Assembly: GCF_000143415.4 (NCBI RefSeq)
Contig: NW_003314299.1
Location: 1 to 64,000 of the forward strand
Source of the DNA: Selaginella moellendorffii
Lineage: Eukaryota; Plantae; Lycopodiophyta
Reading direction: 5' to 3'
Length of the DNA stretch: 64,000 nt
Below the pieces are notes generated by a model. It was not told the DNA's origin and searched no databases. It saw only the letters and a program-made list of their open reading frames with translations. The translations under genes and the position numbers were made by a program. Within the stretch, counting starts at the first letter, position 1. Every line of letters begins with the position of its first letter. This document shows, piece after piece, positions 1 to 12,255 of this stretch.

Positions 1-1789
1 ACGGCCTGATGAATATAAACCAAGTTGTTTCTCGGCGGTCTCTAGTTTGTCGGAGGTTGTGCATGGTAATTGTCGAAGTATTGATTTGGATATGGTTGTC
101 AAAACTGCTGTCAGGGATAGTTCGAGACTTGTCAAACTTCTGGAGAATTTTGAAATCTGCAAGTCTTGGCGTCATGACCTTCTTCGGTACAGTTCTAGCA
201 TTTGGAGATTTGGAGCTTGCAGTCACTTGCCGGATGTCCTTCGTTCTTGCATTTAGTACACCAAATTCCAAATCGAAATTCTTTGATGTCGGCCTTGGAT
301 TTTCCCTTGAGCTTGTCGATTGTTTTCCTGAGTTTCTGAAGTTTTGACTTGGTGCTCTCTCCGAGTTCATCATTGGAGTCGTCGTCGGAACTGCTATCAG
401 AATCTGAGTTATCTGTGTCATCTACTTGTGCTGTCATTCATCAAGCTTGAACATCTTGAAGGGCTCTTGCGAGTTCGAGATAAGTGGCAACGTTGATGTG
501 TGTTGCCACTTCTCGGAGGGATCGTTGGAGGCCTTGCATGTGCCATTGGTAAAGTAATGTTTTAGTGGCACTGTTGCCACATTTGCTGGCATGTCGAGTG
601 AAGGTTTGAGTGTAGTCATCGATAGATTGACCAGACTTCTGCTTGAGTTTTTGGATCTTGTGAAGTCATTGGCTTTGAGTGAGGGAAGACTTGAATCGGT
701 CTACGAGCTTGAGTGCGAGGTCGTCGAAACTTGTATTTTGAGGAAGTGTTTGAGCCCATTCATTGGCTCTCTTTTGAAGGGTACATCGGAAGTAGTATGG
801 AAGTTCAGTAGTCTGGCCGTTGATTCGGATTGCTTCTCGGAACTGTTCAACATGTTTCTCAGTGTCTTCTGACTTCAGACCATGAAATAGTGGATAGGAG
901 ACGTGTCTTCCGACAGGTATGTTGGTGACGGCGGTAGTGACTGCCATTTGCTGTTGGTAGTAATGTTAGTATTGTCGAGGTTGTTTTGTCAGGTTGTCAC
1001 CGTGGAGCCCTAAGGTGATTTGTAGCAAGGGGTTGTTGGGGTTGATAGCAAAGTTGGTGTAAAAGGAAGGTGGTGAATTGTTGTTGTTGTTTAGTGGACT
1101 CTTCTTTGTTTTTTCTTTTGTATTGGGACTGTTTTCGGGTGTGTCGTCGACGTCGTCGTTGGTGTCGGGTTGCTTGCCGGTATTGATTTTCGGAAGATGG
1201 TGCTCAAACTTGTTGTCAACGTACTTGTCGGAGTTATGTTGTGTTGGTTGTGGTTGTTCGTCTAAATTGTCAAAGAGTTCTTCGAACGTATAGTTGTGTG
1301 GTGACTGTGGTTGCTGTGGAAGATTGTTGTCGTCGACGATTGGTTCGTCGATCTCGTTGTTGTTGGATGATTGTAGCTGTTTGGCAGCTCGGCGTGAGTT
1401 GTTGACGTCGAGTGCTTGACTATTGGACGATTCGGGTTGTTCGTCTTTACTGCTGTTGACTGGGTATATCGGAGTGCGACTGTAATTGGTGAAGTCAAGT
1501 TGTTGTCTCGTCAGCGTGTTGAAGTCGAAAGCGTGTTCGAAAGGTCTTGCTAATAGCAGACTTTGGTAGATGTTGGAAGCAAATGTGGGATATATTGGTG
1601 TTGTGAAGATCGGTCAGTATGGCGAAAATGGTGCTGGTCTGGTGAAGTCTGTGAAGCTAGGCAGGAAACTTGGTCATTCGTCATCACTGTAGATGGGGTT
1701 GGTGAATGTACCTTTGAAGTGGTTGTATGCTGCTTGAAAAATGTTTTGTTGCTCAGGCGTAGTTTGTGTCGACTGCTCGAATGTTCGGT

Positions 1790-1948
1790 CGGGCTCGGGC
1801 ACTTTGGTGGGTGCCGTCGAGGGTGTTGATTCAGGTTCGGGCACTTCAGTGGGTGCTGTCGAAGGTGTTGATTCAGGCTCAGGCACTTCGGTGGGTGCTG
1901 TCAAAGGTGTTGATTCAGGCTCAGGCACTTCAGTGGGTGCCATCGAGG
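1790..1948 (-). repeat. 42-bp tandem repeat, ~3.7 copies, encoding APTEVPEPESTPST
   Basis: Visible in the DNA (GGTGTTGATTCAGGCTCAGGCACTTCRGTGGGTGC...) and in ORF 1674-2213. Confidence 0.9.
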
Positions 1949-3298
1949 GTACTGCTGATGGTGTGTCCGGTGGTGTTGTGTAGTCGTCATATTCTTCGCA
2001 GATGTCCGATACTGGTTCGTTGAAGTTAGCTCGTGGTAATAATTCGTGTCGGATGTAATTCTCTCTCTTGGAGGGTGTAACAATTTGATTCAACTTCTCT
2101 TGGTCTTTCTTTCTCTTTGTTTCTAAATTCTTCAAATCTCTATCTAAACGTCGGATAAGCCGTTGTCGGTCCTCTTCTGACTTGCTGGATGTTCTTCGTG
2201 GTTTTGGATACATGCATTCTTCTACTGGTTGTCGGTGTCAGATTCGTGTCTGCAGTCAATCATGCAGTTCGGGCAGAACTTCGGGAAGACTGTCGGTGGG
2301 CCAATTGTCGATAAAGTCGTTGTGAGCTTGTTCTTTCTTTTCAGTGCAAATATTGACAGTGGTGCGTGTTGGGTTGGGTTGTGTTCAGCTGAGTTGTGTT
2401 GGGTTGAGTGTGCTAGTGCAGTATGCAGACTGGTCTTCCACTTGGCTGGTGCCGAGATGGAGTTCGATGAAGAGTTTCGGATATTCAGGTTTGTCTGGAA
2501 TGATTTCATCGATAATGTCGTTGATAATGCCATCGAGTTGTTCAAGTCCGGATTGGCAATGGCATGATTGGCAAGAGTTGTTGCAGCGAACGTGTTGATT
2601 TCGAACCGAGTTTGGACTGTTGTTTTGGTGCTGAGCTGCTGACTCTGTTGGAGGGGTTGTCGAAAAATTGGTGGTGCGTTGTCAAGTTGTCCCTCGACAA
2701 GTTCTCCGATACCGGGTAACAGAGTGATGGGTTCGTTGTTGGTGTAGGTTCTGAGGATGTGCTTCGGTATTTGGAATGGGTGCAGAAATTGGAATTGTGT
2801 CGGAGTGCTAGGATTGCTGGGTCGACAACTGCACAGAAGATGGGTTCGTTTCGGCAGTGGTGTCGGTTTGTGTCGAGCGTGCTAGTTGAGGTCTCGAGCT
2901 TAGAGTGGGTGGTCTTGTGCTCGGAGATGGAGTTCGCCAATGAAGCTGCTGAGGGCGTCCGCTGATGAAGGTGCTGGTAGATTGAAGTTTCTTGTCAAAG
3001 AGGGCTGTTGGTGGTCTTCGTTAGTGATTGGACTAGGAGATCTTGAGAGAGAGCTTGCAGATTCTTCAAAGATCTCCTCTGGAAAGCGTCTGCCTCTACT
3101 GTATTGGGCGGCAACCGCTTGGATGCCGTTGATCCATGTTGGTGGTGGCATTTGCTTGTTGAATTTGGGCGAATTGGGTGGCGAATTGGGTAGCGAATTT
3201 TGGCGAGTTGGGTAGATTGCTTGATCGTTCTTGCTATCTGTGCACAAAGAATAGAGAAAGAACGGAAGAATTTGTGAACCTGAAGGGGAATTCAAAAG

Positions 3299-3310
3299 CC
3301 GTGGTTGCCA
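3299..3310 (-). promoter_or_regulatory. Primer-binding site, probably tRNA-Arg type
   Basis: Minus strand TGGCAACCACGG, 2 nt from the LTR end; complementary to a tRNA 3' end ...CGTGGTTG-CCA as in tRNA-Arg(UCG). tRNA identity is from memory. Confidence 0.6.
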
Positions 3311-3312
3311 AA

Positions 3313-3621
3313 TGAAGAGGTGTGAAAACTCCTCTTCACTGGAAATCTATTGTTAGTAAGAAAACAAAAGAGAAAAGGGCCCGATCTCCAAGGGCTGAGA
3401 AGAGGCACGAGTAAAAGAATGCTATGTATTGATAAGAAAAATGATGGAATGGAAATAGGGATCCACAATTTGGATTCCCCCTTTTGAAAGGTTAGCGGTT
3501 CTAACTGCTAGCATATACTATATGTTATGCATGATTTAATCTATGGCTCTAATGCAGCCTTGGGTTCAAAGTCGGAGTCCCTTGAACTTGGGTTTTTGGT
3601 TGATACAACCGTCCTTCTTCA
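3313..3621 (-). repeat. 5' LTR (~309 bp) of the younger gypsy element
   Basis: Bounded by TGAAG...CTTCA, with the PBS on one side. On the other side the sequence switches abruptly to RT-coding sequence of a second element. Confidence 0.7.
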
Positions 3622-5650
3622 CAAGCAAAACCGGAGCACCAAATGAAAATTTACTTAGTTAAATAAATCCAAATTTAAGTAACTCCTTGATTTATCATTA
3701 AAGATCTTGCTCCTCCACATAACTTAACCGAAATAGATGCCAGTAAATTAGCCGTGTCCCTGGCTCCAATGTAATCCCATGCTCCACATCTTATAATGGA
3801 AGCAACCCATGAGGAAGTTCATATGGAAAAATATTAGAAAGCTCATCGAGTACACTTCTCCTCCACACGTGCCTTGGTCCCCTAAATCACGAACAAATAG
3901 CAAGTAACTTGAAAGTGCTTTTTCATTACAACAAACTCGCTTCAAAGATATAGCAAATAGCATAACAATTGGAGGTTGAACTCCCTCTCCAAACCACACA
4001 TCTTTAACACCACCATATTTCAACAAGACACACTTAATACTCCACTTTATCTCTGGATCCACCTTCACCAACTATGGCATCCTAAAAATAAGATCCACAC
4101 AATGGATATCCATGAGATAAAAAGTCTCCACAAGTGTGGTTTTGCCAACCAACAATTCCAGCCCCTCTACACAAACATCAAAATGTTGAATAGAAGTAGT
4201 TGCACTTTCCACCGTGTATGGAAAAACTCCTCGTGTCACCAGGCCATGCTCTGCAATAAACTTTGCTAAAACAAAGTTGTTATCGCTCCCACTATCCAAC
4301 AAAATCCACACTAGATTGCCACAAAACATGCTTCCAGCATTAAAGCTGATTCACGAGTATCCTCAAGCTCCATTTTGTTCCACATACAGTTGAGTTGATG
4401 AGCAATGATCAAAAGCCTCTTCCTCCGACCTGAATGGTCATCCCTGTCATCCTTGTTGTAGAGTTTGCAACTTTTTAATATCTAACTTACTGTTAATAAA
4501 AGATTGGCTAATCTTTTTGCTTTGCTATTTGTTCTTCAACTATGGACAATCAGCCTTATAGTGTCCAAACTCACCGCAACTGTCTATAAATTTTCACAAA
4601 GAACTTCTGCTTCTTTGACCCCTTTGCATCCAAAGTAACCACCACAGACTTCAACTTGTTGTGCTTGTTCCCATCCTTGTGTCCATAGCGATCATCATAA
4701 TGATTCTCGGTAGAAGGACTCCATGAACACTTGCGAGACTTGTGCTTGTCATTGTCAAGTCAATAAGCCACATCAAAGAGCTCCTCCAAACTCTTTGTAA
4801 GCTGAGAATGACGCAAGTGTTGTCACATGCTCTCACTATGAAGGTCATCAATGAAGTAGGACTTGTTTTGATTTAGATCCTTCATTGAAACACAGCTAGC
4901 TTCTCAATATAATCCCCGAGCGTCATTTTCCCTTGCTGGAAATGTCGAAATTTTGTGCAAGCATTCTTCACATCGTAGTGAGAGGCAAAACATAAATGGA
5001 AAGTAGCTTTAAACTCATCCATGGTAGACATTGATGGTTTCTTATCTACAACATGAGACTCCTCAAGTTAATTCCACCATTGAAGACCCACATCACATAA
5101 AACCATTAGAATAACCACTAAAGCCTTTGCATCTAGAGTTTCCCTAACAGCCAAGAACATTTTCACATTAGCTAGCCAAGTGAGACACTCATTCACACCA
5201 CCATCAACAGAAAAGGTTGGAATTTTGAATCAATCTACCAAAAAAGGCTTACTTGGAGTGCTATCACATCCAACCTCAAGTGCCTCAACACGCTCATGCA
5301 TGATATCCATCATGCCTTGCATCTCTTATTGATTTCAATCATGAATAACATCTTGAATGGTCCAAATCTCCTCAACTCCATCAACACCATTTTCGGCATC
5401 ACCATCGATAATAGGATTCTAACATTCAACTTGGTCGACTAATCATAACCAACTCCTCTGATACCAATGTTATGATCCAGTGCAAAAAAAGATAGAGAAC
5501 TAATCTCCCTAAACTATACTACACTATCCTCACCACTTAACCACCCCCAAACTACCTCAAAAGCTCTGAGCCCTAAGGCATTTTAAGTCTTTTACCCTTG
5601 AGCCTCCCTTTGACCGACGTTGACCATGTGGTCAAAGTTAATGCCTAACA
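3622..5650 (-). mobile_element. Older, degenerate Ty3/gypsy element (LTR, tRNA-Met PBS, gag, aspartic protease, start of RT), interrupted by the younger element
   Basis: PBS TGGTATCAGAG at 5456-5466; gag-like decayed frame (KIPTFS...WW...FQQGKMTLGDY); protease motif LLDSGSDNNFV (4072-4329); RT start GFI*LSKFSFGAPVLL at ~3622-3672; many stops. Confidence 0.85.
5468..5650 (-). repeat. 5' LTR (~183 bp) of the older gypsy element
   Basis: TGTTA...TAACA termini, 1 nt from the Met PBS. Confidence 0.75.
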
Positions 5651-5732
5651 CACAAAGTAGAAGGCGAAGAAGTTGCTAACTGTGTCTACTTGATAGTTAC
5701 TTGAATATTTCGAAACCTGTACCTTACTGCAG

Positions 5733-6134
5733 ATCTGTCGAGTGGAGCCTGGTTATTTTTGGGCATGTGATTCCTTGATAAGGGAGTGTGGTGGAAAGCT
5801 TGATGTACTCTCTATGGTGGTGCATAAAGATGACGATGAGGATGGAGAAGGAGAGGAAACAAGGTCAGACGGATACCGTACAGGGAATTTCAAGAATACA
5901 GAAATTGCACCTTCAAAAAAAGAGACAACCGCTCCAACCAGTTCTGGGAAGAGATGCCTGACATGCAATGTGGTGATTGGAGATGCACAGGAGTTCAGGG
6001 AGCACTACAAGAGCGATTGGCACGAGCATAACTTGAAGAGGAAAGTCAGACAGCTACCACCGTTGAGCGCGGAAGAATGCTTGGATTCGTCAGTTGCGGA
6101 TCAGGGAAATGACATGAACGAGTACAGCCGTTAA
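5733..6134 (+). CDS. SBDS: Terminal exon of a plant SBDS/Sdo1 ribosome maturation factor (C-terminal C2H2 zinc finger); separated from upstream exons by the LTR nest, possibly a pseudogene
   Basis: Acceptor CTGCAG, then ICRVEPGYF..CDSLIRECGGKLDVL...CLTCN...FREHYKSDWHEHNLKRKVRQLPPLSAEEC, matching the plant SBDS C-terminus. Confidence 0.7.
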   Translation: MCRVEPGYFWACDSLIRECGGKLDVLSMVVHKDDDEDGEGEETRSDGYRTGNFKNTEIAPSKKETTAPTSSGKRCLTCNVVIGDAQEFREHYKSDWHEHNLKRKVRQLPPLSAEECLDSSVADQGNDMNEYSR

Positions 6135-6488
6135 GAAGCAGCTAAGTTTAGCATATAGTCTAGTGACTCTAGTATAGTTGCAGTGTAGTGAGGTGCGGGG
6201 AAATAAACGTTGCGATATGCGCGTGGAACCAGAGGCTACATCTTGTCCGTCCATTGATTGCGATTGCGATGGGATTGAATGCATGGAATGTTCTGCTGCT
6301 TACGTGTTGGTATTGAGACTCAGCTGGAAGAGCAGCTGCTATGGGAGGGCTCTTTGGCGCAGCGGGTCGACTTGCGAGGAAAGTAATCAATAGTTCTCGC
6401 ACATTCGGAACAGCCGCTTTGGAGGTTCAGTAGCTCTATCTAGGTCTTTTTTATTTCCAAATTCATCTGATCCCTGCTTTCCTACAGC

Positions 6489-7935
6489 ATGGAAGCAGCT
6501 ACAGGTCCTCGGGCGCTGCTTTGGACGATATAGATTCTGTTGTCATCAAGTATAAATTGATTGATCAATTTACTGATTACAGTTCAAGCAAAGCGTGCAG
6601 CAATTTGCCACAGACACTATTGCTCCTCATGCTGCCAATATCGACGTCACAAATTCATTCCCGAAGGTCGTTTGAATAATTGCATCACCCTATTTGATCA
6701 TCTAAGCTCCATCTTGCAGAATGTGAATCTCTGGAAACTGATGGGCGACTTCAATTTGCACGGCATCACGGCTCCTGGTAAGTTCCTTGCTATACGTTTT
6801 TTCTTCTGTTCAGATCTCATGGACTACCAGAAAAATATGGGGGACTTGGGCTCGGCTATCTGTACCACTGTTTGGCAATGGAGGAAATTAGTCGCGCTTC
6901 TGGATCCGTTGGTCTCTCATACGGAGCTCATTCCAATCTTTGCATCAACCAGCTGGTAAGCACTAGTTCAGATCGCTGTAGGCTCATGATTTCCATAACC
7001 AGGTAAGGAACGGTAACGAAACTCAGAAGGAAAAATATTTACCAATGTAGCTTTGAAATTGAGGTTGCACAGAGATTCTAACTCCTCCATGACCTGAAGT
7101 TGATAAGCGGAGACCATGTGGGGGCCCCCGTGATGAGCGAACCAAATTGTCCGTTTGTTGCGTTTTCATATTTTGGAGATTTACGCTTTTTCGTCATTTT
7201 TCTTGCAGCGGGGTCTGATGTGGTCAGCATGAAATGCAAGGCTGTACGCGTGGATGAGGGATACATCTTGAACGGAAACAAAATGTGGTGCACCAATGGA
7301 CCTGTTGCTAATACTTTGGTCTGTGGACTTTTCATCTCTTTACGTATCTGACCCAAGTTGAGCAGATAGTGTACGCGAAAACTGACCTGAGTGCTGGAGC
7401 ACATGGAATCACCGCGTTTATTATTGAGCAAGGGTAATTTTTTACTGTTGCTTAACTTACCCGAAACTTGATGTGGAGTCATCTACAGCTTCAGCACAGC
7501 TCAGAAGCTAGATAAGCTTGGAATGCGTGGAAGTGATACATATGCTGTCAAAGCATTTATCAACCTTCAAAAATTATCTGCTTGAATGGTCTTTGCTAGG
7601 TGCGAATTGGTGTTTGAAAACTGTTTCGTTCCCCGAGGACATATTTTTGGCCAGGAAGGCAAAGGTAAACAGGTAATTGTTGGTGGTGGTGGTGAATTTA
7701 TTTCTTTTGCCGCTGCAGGTGTTTATGTGATGATGTCCGGACTGGATCTATAAAGGCTGGTACTCGCAGCTGGTCCCGTGGGCCTGGTGCAGGCTTGCAT
7801 GGATAGTGTACTTCCATATGTTCGGCAGAGGGAACAATTCGGAAAGCCTATGGGAGAGTTTCAGCTTATGCAAGTACTCTACTGTCCTTTTTTTTCCAGC
7901 CTTAACCTTGTTCTGTAATAGGGAAAATTAGCAAG
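6489..7935 (+). pseudogene. IVD: Isovaleryl-CoA dehydrogenase pseudogene, 3'-truncated
   Basis: Exons encode [52 protein letters not shown] and [12 protein letters not shown]. In-frame TAA at 7751-7753 ([12 protein letters not shown]), a GT-to-AT donor change near 7540, and similarity ends after GKLA. Confidence 0.85.
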
Positions 7936-8019
7936 GTCTGCAAGGTACTTAGAAACTACAGCAGCAGGAAAGAAGTGGATGAAGATGGAAGAAGCTTCAT
8001 GAAGATGACGCGGGAGTAC

Positions 8020-8650
8020 ATGGCGGAGCTTGTGTCCGGGACGAGGCAGGGGCGATGTAGAAGATGAGAGCTTTGGCGTATGAGAGAGGTCCTAGGCGCA
8101 GCTCGCTGCCAAAGCAGCCGTTTCAGATCTGGGCAACTGGATTCACAGGAGTGGGCCTCTGAAGGTTGCTCTTCTTGGCACTGTAAGTTTGGAGTTTCTC
8201 TGTTTGCATGCTCATTTTGGCTTCAAATCTTGTAGATCGGAGTGGCTGGAGTAGCCGCATTGGCAGCGCTGGCCACATTTGCTGTGCTCTTTCTCTCCAC
8301 TACTGTCAATGAAGTCATGCTGAGCCTCGTTCTCTCAATTTCAGTGGTTGGATTTCTCATGGCGACATTCTTCACGTCTCTCACGGCTATCTACGTTGGA
8401 GCCCTGTGGGTGGCTGGTATTACAATCTCGGCTGTAACGTTTTTCAGCATCTGCGGAATGATCATGGCTGCGGGTAATGTACATTTCCATTCCACTGCTG
8501 CATTACACTGATCGATCATCTCCCTCCCTGCAGGATGGTTCACCTGTTCCTGGGGCTTGTGGAATCTGTTCTGGAGGCTGGTTCAGCTGGTCTCCATTGC
8601 CTCCGTTCTACCTCTATTTATCAAAAAACGTTACAGACAGAAAGGGTAGT
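8020..8650 (+). pseudogene. LDIP-like (lipid droplet LDAP-interacting/promethin-like) membrane protein, probably disrupted
   Basis: Three exons: ..WIHRSGPLKVALLGT / long hydrophobic SLVLSISVVGFLMATFFTSLTAIYVGALWVA / GWFTCSWGLW. In-frame TAG at 8093. Confidence 0.55.
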
Positions 8651-9355
8651 CAACCTCGATCGCATTTTTTTTGGTCCTCTGGTTCGATTTTCGTTTTTCG
8701 TTTTCCTAGCATGATTTGATTCTTTGTGCCAGTGCCCAGCAGCATTTGAAATGATTCACAGTCTATACAAGAACAACTTCTTTGTACAGATGCAAGCAGA
8801 ACAACGGCTTCCTGCGGCTCCTGTCCAAAAACCACTGCAATTACAAACAAGACGATTCAAGCCGAGCTGGTGGACTTCGTAACGAGGCTAGCTCACCGGG
8901 TAAGATCAACGTTACTCTCTCGAGGTCACAGTCGGCTTCTTGGTGTAGCGCGCGAGCCGAGATGCCAGCTTCTTGGAATTCGGAGGAGATCCATTCGGAG
9001 GATGACGTTGACGCTGGATTCTTTGCTCAGAGCAGGCTCCGTTTTCGGCTTGAGCAGCTAGTCCCTCCCGATCGCCACTTTCCTTGGACTCGGACACTGT
9101 AGTACCCATTTTTTGTATACCCAATCACGCCAAAATGCAGATGCTTTTTTTTTTACTTTTTCTTTTTTTCACGCGTTAATAAGTTGGTTAAACCATAAAC
9201 GTTGAAAAGGTTTCAGTCCGGTTTCTTGACTTTCGGACATGAGATCCAATCTCCAGCCTTTTCATATTGGCCGAATTTGCATGTTTAAGTAAAGTTCATT
9301 GAAGTGAGCGAGCAGCCCAGTTCATTTCATTTCTGCATCAATTTGGGCTCGCGCT

Positions 9356-10077
9356 ATGATGAACCTTAAGCTGGGATTTTTCATATTGTGTGCCTTACTG
9401 CTATCAATTTCCAATGTCGAGTGCAGGCTTAGTACCACAATTCATAACTTATCTCCAATAATCCAAGTTGTGGCGCTCGGTCGTGTAATCTGTCGACCTC
9501 AAGGCTGTGGATCGACCACTCAAACTCCAATCAACAGTAAGTTAAAAATTATTTTTGATTTTCTATTTTATACTGTCATTCTAAAAATGTACGCTTCTCT
9601 ATCACGTCTTTAAAACTTTTGCGATCTTGTGGCTTACAGATGTAAGAGTGAGGCTGGAATGCCCATTTGACAGCGACACCGACCGCACCAGATTCAATGG
9701 CGAGTATGACATTGACGAGTTCGTGAGCGCGAGTGTGAACATTGAAAATAGCTGCGGTGTGCGGGTGGACAACGACTTTATCACACGAAGGGAGCTCGGG
9801 GGTTGCTCAATTCCGATTACGTTCCGTCCGGACAGCCGTTGAGCAACTGCGCTAAAAGTGCAAGCGCCAGTGGAAGAATTCTGATGTCCCACATTTGAGT
9901 ACGCACCAAATGCGTGCCCGCCACCACGCATCTCAGCCGTCAGTGGCACCCGCATCTCAACCGTCAGTAGCACCTGCATCTCGGCCGTCAGTGGTACCCG
10001 CATCTCCGCCGTCAGTGGCACCCGCATCTCAGCCGTCGGTGGCGCCCGCATCTCAGCCGTCGGTGGCGCCTGCCTAG
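9356..10077 (+). pseudogene. Secreted Ole e 1-like protein with Pro/Ser/Ala-rich tail, containing in-frame stops
   Basis: Signal peptide, GRVIC..C, intron, VRLEC...C..C, FEYAPNACPPP. TGA at ~9840 and ~9882; the ASQPSVAP repeats are in a shifted frame. Confidence 0.5.
9925..10074 (+). repeat. 24-bp tandem repeat x ~6 (CCCGCATCTCAGCCGTCAGTGGCA; PASQPSVA)
   Basis: Directly visible in the sequence. Confidence 0.9.
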
Positions 10078-10881
10078 ATGTCAGTCCCGTTGCCTTCAGG
10101 TCCACTCCCCTCAGTTCCAATTCCTCGGTTTCGGTTTCGTTCCAATTCCGTCAATCCCCATTCCCTCAATTCCACTTCCATCAATTTCAATTCAGTAACC
10201 ACATGCATCATCATAAAGTTGAGATACAGTAATTAATAAATCTAGTTCTGTCAGGTTTGTGTTTCTGGATTCATAAAACTGATAATATATTTCCAAACGA
10301 AAAAAAATCATATAAAATAATTGTAGGTAGAAATTAAATATTGCTGTAATATTCTTATTATTTCCTTAAACATGTTTATTTATTACAAAACTTAGGTCAC
10401 CTAGACGTCATGAGAAGCTACTTGGCTAGATCTGTATGCCAGAATATGAAGAGGATCTGAATCCCTTGTTGCAACTAACACTCAACCCACCTTGTCATTG
10501 TCTACAAACCTGAACAACTAAATTGTCCATAGAGTTACAATCACAAGTGGGATCTTTGGGGTGGAAGTGATCACTTGCAAGAGCACCTTCCAAGTCCATT
10601 CATTGTGCATATTGGTGACCTAATGCTTTCTCTAGAGGTTTTCATTTTGCGCTCTCTCGTGACTCTTGCTGACTTTGTAGTCAATTCTGCTCAGCCTAGT
10701 CAAGGACGTGAACGCCGTTGGAGACAAAAGTGAATTGTTCTCTCACATTTGTCAAAGTCGCTTCACAAGCCTCCGATGACAAGAGCCCGGCGTCAAGAAC
10801 GTGCACGACACGGCCTAGCTATGCACACAGACTGTATAAAAAACAACTGTATGAACTTGTGATTCAGCAATTCGCATCGAA

Positions 10882-11963
10882 ATGGCGAGCGCGCGGGTGC
10901 TCATCTGCACTACTTTGCAGATTTTGTTGCTGGCCTCAAGCGCATTTCTTGATAGCGGTGGGTAAATTCGTAGAGGTCTGGGTTTGCATGTTGTTCCTCA
11001 AGGTTTGAATTGTTGTATGCAGCTGCAATTGGTGTCAATCTTGGTTTTTCTGGGAACAACTTACCTTCAATATCTCGGACTGTGGAGCTCATTAAGTCCC
11101 TTCCAATAAACATCGACCGAGTGAAGATATTTGAAGCGAACGTGGATGTCATACGCGCGTTTGCGGGCTCAAAATTGAAGATGCTGGTGTCTGTAACGAA
11201 TAATGAAATCTCCAGCATCGCGAGCAGTAGTCAGGCTGCCGCCAACTGGGTGAAAGACCACATCGCTCCAGTTGCATCCTCCACAAATATAGAGTTTGTC
11301 GCTGTTGGTAATGAAGTACTGTCTCCTTCACGAAACGATCTGGTTCCAGCAATGAGAAACATCAGGAGCGCTCTGGATGCGAGTAACTTCCGAAACATCA
11401 AGGTTACAACCCCACTTGCGCTCAACTTCCTCGCGGACGGCAGTTTCCCTCCATCCAAAGGCAGCTTCCGAGGTGACTACAGCTCCATACTCGGATCTCT
11501 GCTGGACTTCCTCTCGAGCACAGACTCCCCATTCATGGTGAACGTGTACCCCTACTTCTCGTGGAAAAACGACCAATCCATCCCGCTGAGCTACGCCTTG
11601 TTCCAAAGCCGCCAAACCGTGGTATCGGATGGCCAGTACAACTACAACAACCTGCTGGATGCGATCGTGGACACTGTGTACGCGGCAATGGAGAAATCCG
11701 GCCATGGAAATGTTAAAATCGCAATCGGAGAAAGTGGCTGGCCAAGCAGTGGAGGAGACGGCGCCACAACTGAGAATGCTCAAGCGTACCTCTCCGGTCT
11801 CATCAACAAGATCAACAGTGGGAATGGAACTCCTCGCGTTTCAGGCCCGCTCATAGCCAACATCTTCGCTCTGTATGATGAAAATCAGAAAGGAGGCGAA
11901 GAAATTGAGAGGCACTTTGGGTTGCTCCGCCCGGATGGTACACCTAAATACTCCTTACCGTAG
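10882..11963 (+). CDS. Glycoside hydrolase family 17 beta-1,3-glucanase (signal-peptide exon plus catalytic exon)
   Basis: Exon 1 MASARVLICTTLQILLLASS; IGVNLG..GNNLPS, VAVGNEV, PFMVNVYPYF, IGESGWPS, ERHFGL. Both catalytic Glu are present. Confidence 0.93.
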
Positions 11964-12255
11964 TCACAATTGTGACCAACGTCAAATAAAGTCAACATAG
12001 TCAAACATTGACTATGTTTGAGCAGCTCCCTGTAAAGTTTTCTTTTCGTGTAACTGTATTGTTTTAGTCCGTTGAATAAAATATTGACTAGTCTTAATTC
12101 AATAATTAATATAAATTTAATAAACTGAATTAAAAAATAATCAAGATCCCCACTTTCCCTAGGGCATCACCATGGCATCAGCATAGAAGCCTTAGTCACA
12201 GATGTGGCTGTTGTTCAGATTGCCATGACACATAAGCAAACACCATGTTATACCA

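Larger units (their letters stand above)
1..3621 (-). mobile_element. Ty3/gypsy LTR retrotransposon, 5' part (LTR, PBS, long 5' region, disrupted gag); continues beyond the window start
   Basis: Gag-like ORF 666-947 (YPLFHG...HVEQF...TLQKRANEW); CCHC knuckle CTKCKNEGHPASDC in ORF 195-437; PBS-like TGGCAACCACGG next to a TG..CA-bounded LTR; frames broken by stops. Confidence 0.85.

Noticed and set aside
1790-1948. 42-bp repeat (and the 24-bp repeat at 9925-10074) as CRISPR-like arrays
   Set aside because: Head-to-tail units without unique spacers, lengths are multiples of 3, eukaryotic context.
3313-3338. TGAAGAGG...CCTCTTCA hairpin as a separate small element or terminator
   Set aside because: It lies at the LTR end next to the PBS and is better explained as LTR U5 structure.
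8782-9124. Short overlapping ORFs
   Set aside because: No recognisable family or consistent exon structure.
9840-9884. Selenocysteine or readthrough at two TGA codons
   Set aside because: Land plants lack Sec machinery; CGA-to-TGA decay fits the pseudogene-rich neighbourhood.
9602-10120. 172-aa minus-strand ORF with PTAEMRVP repeats
   Set aside because: Antisense shadow of the 24-bp repeat; signal peptide and splice sites support the plus strand.
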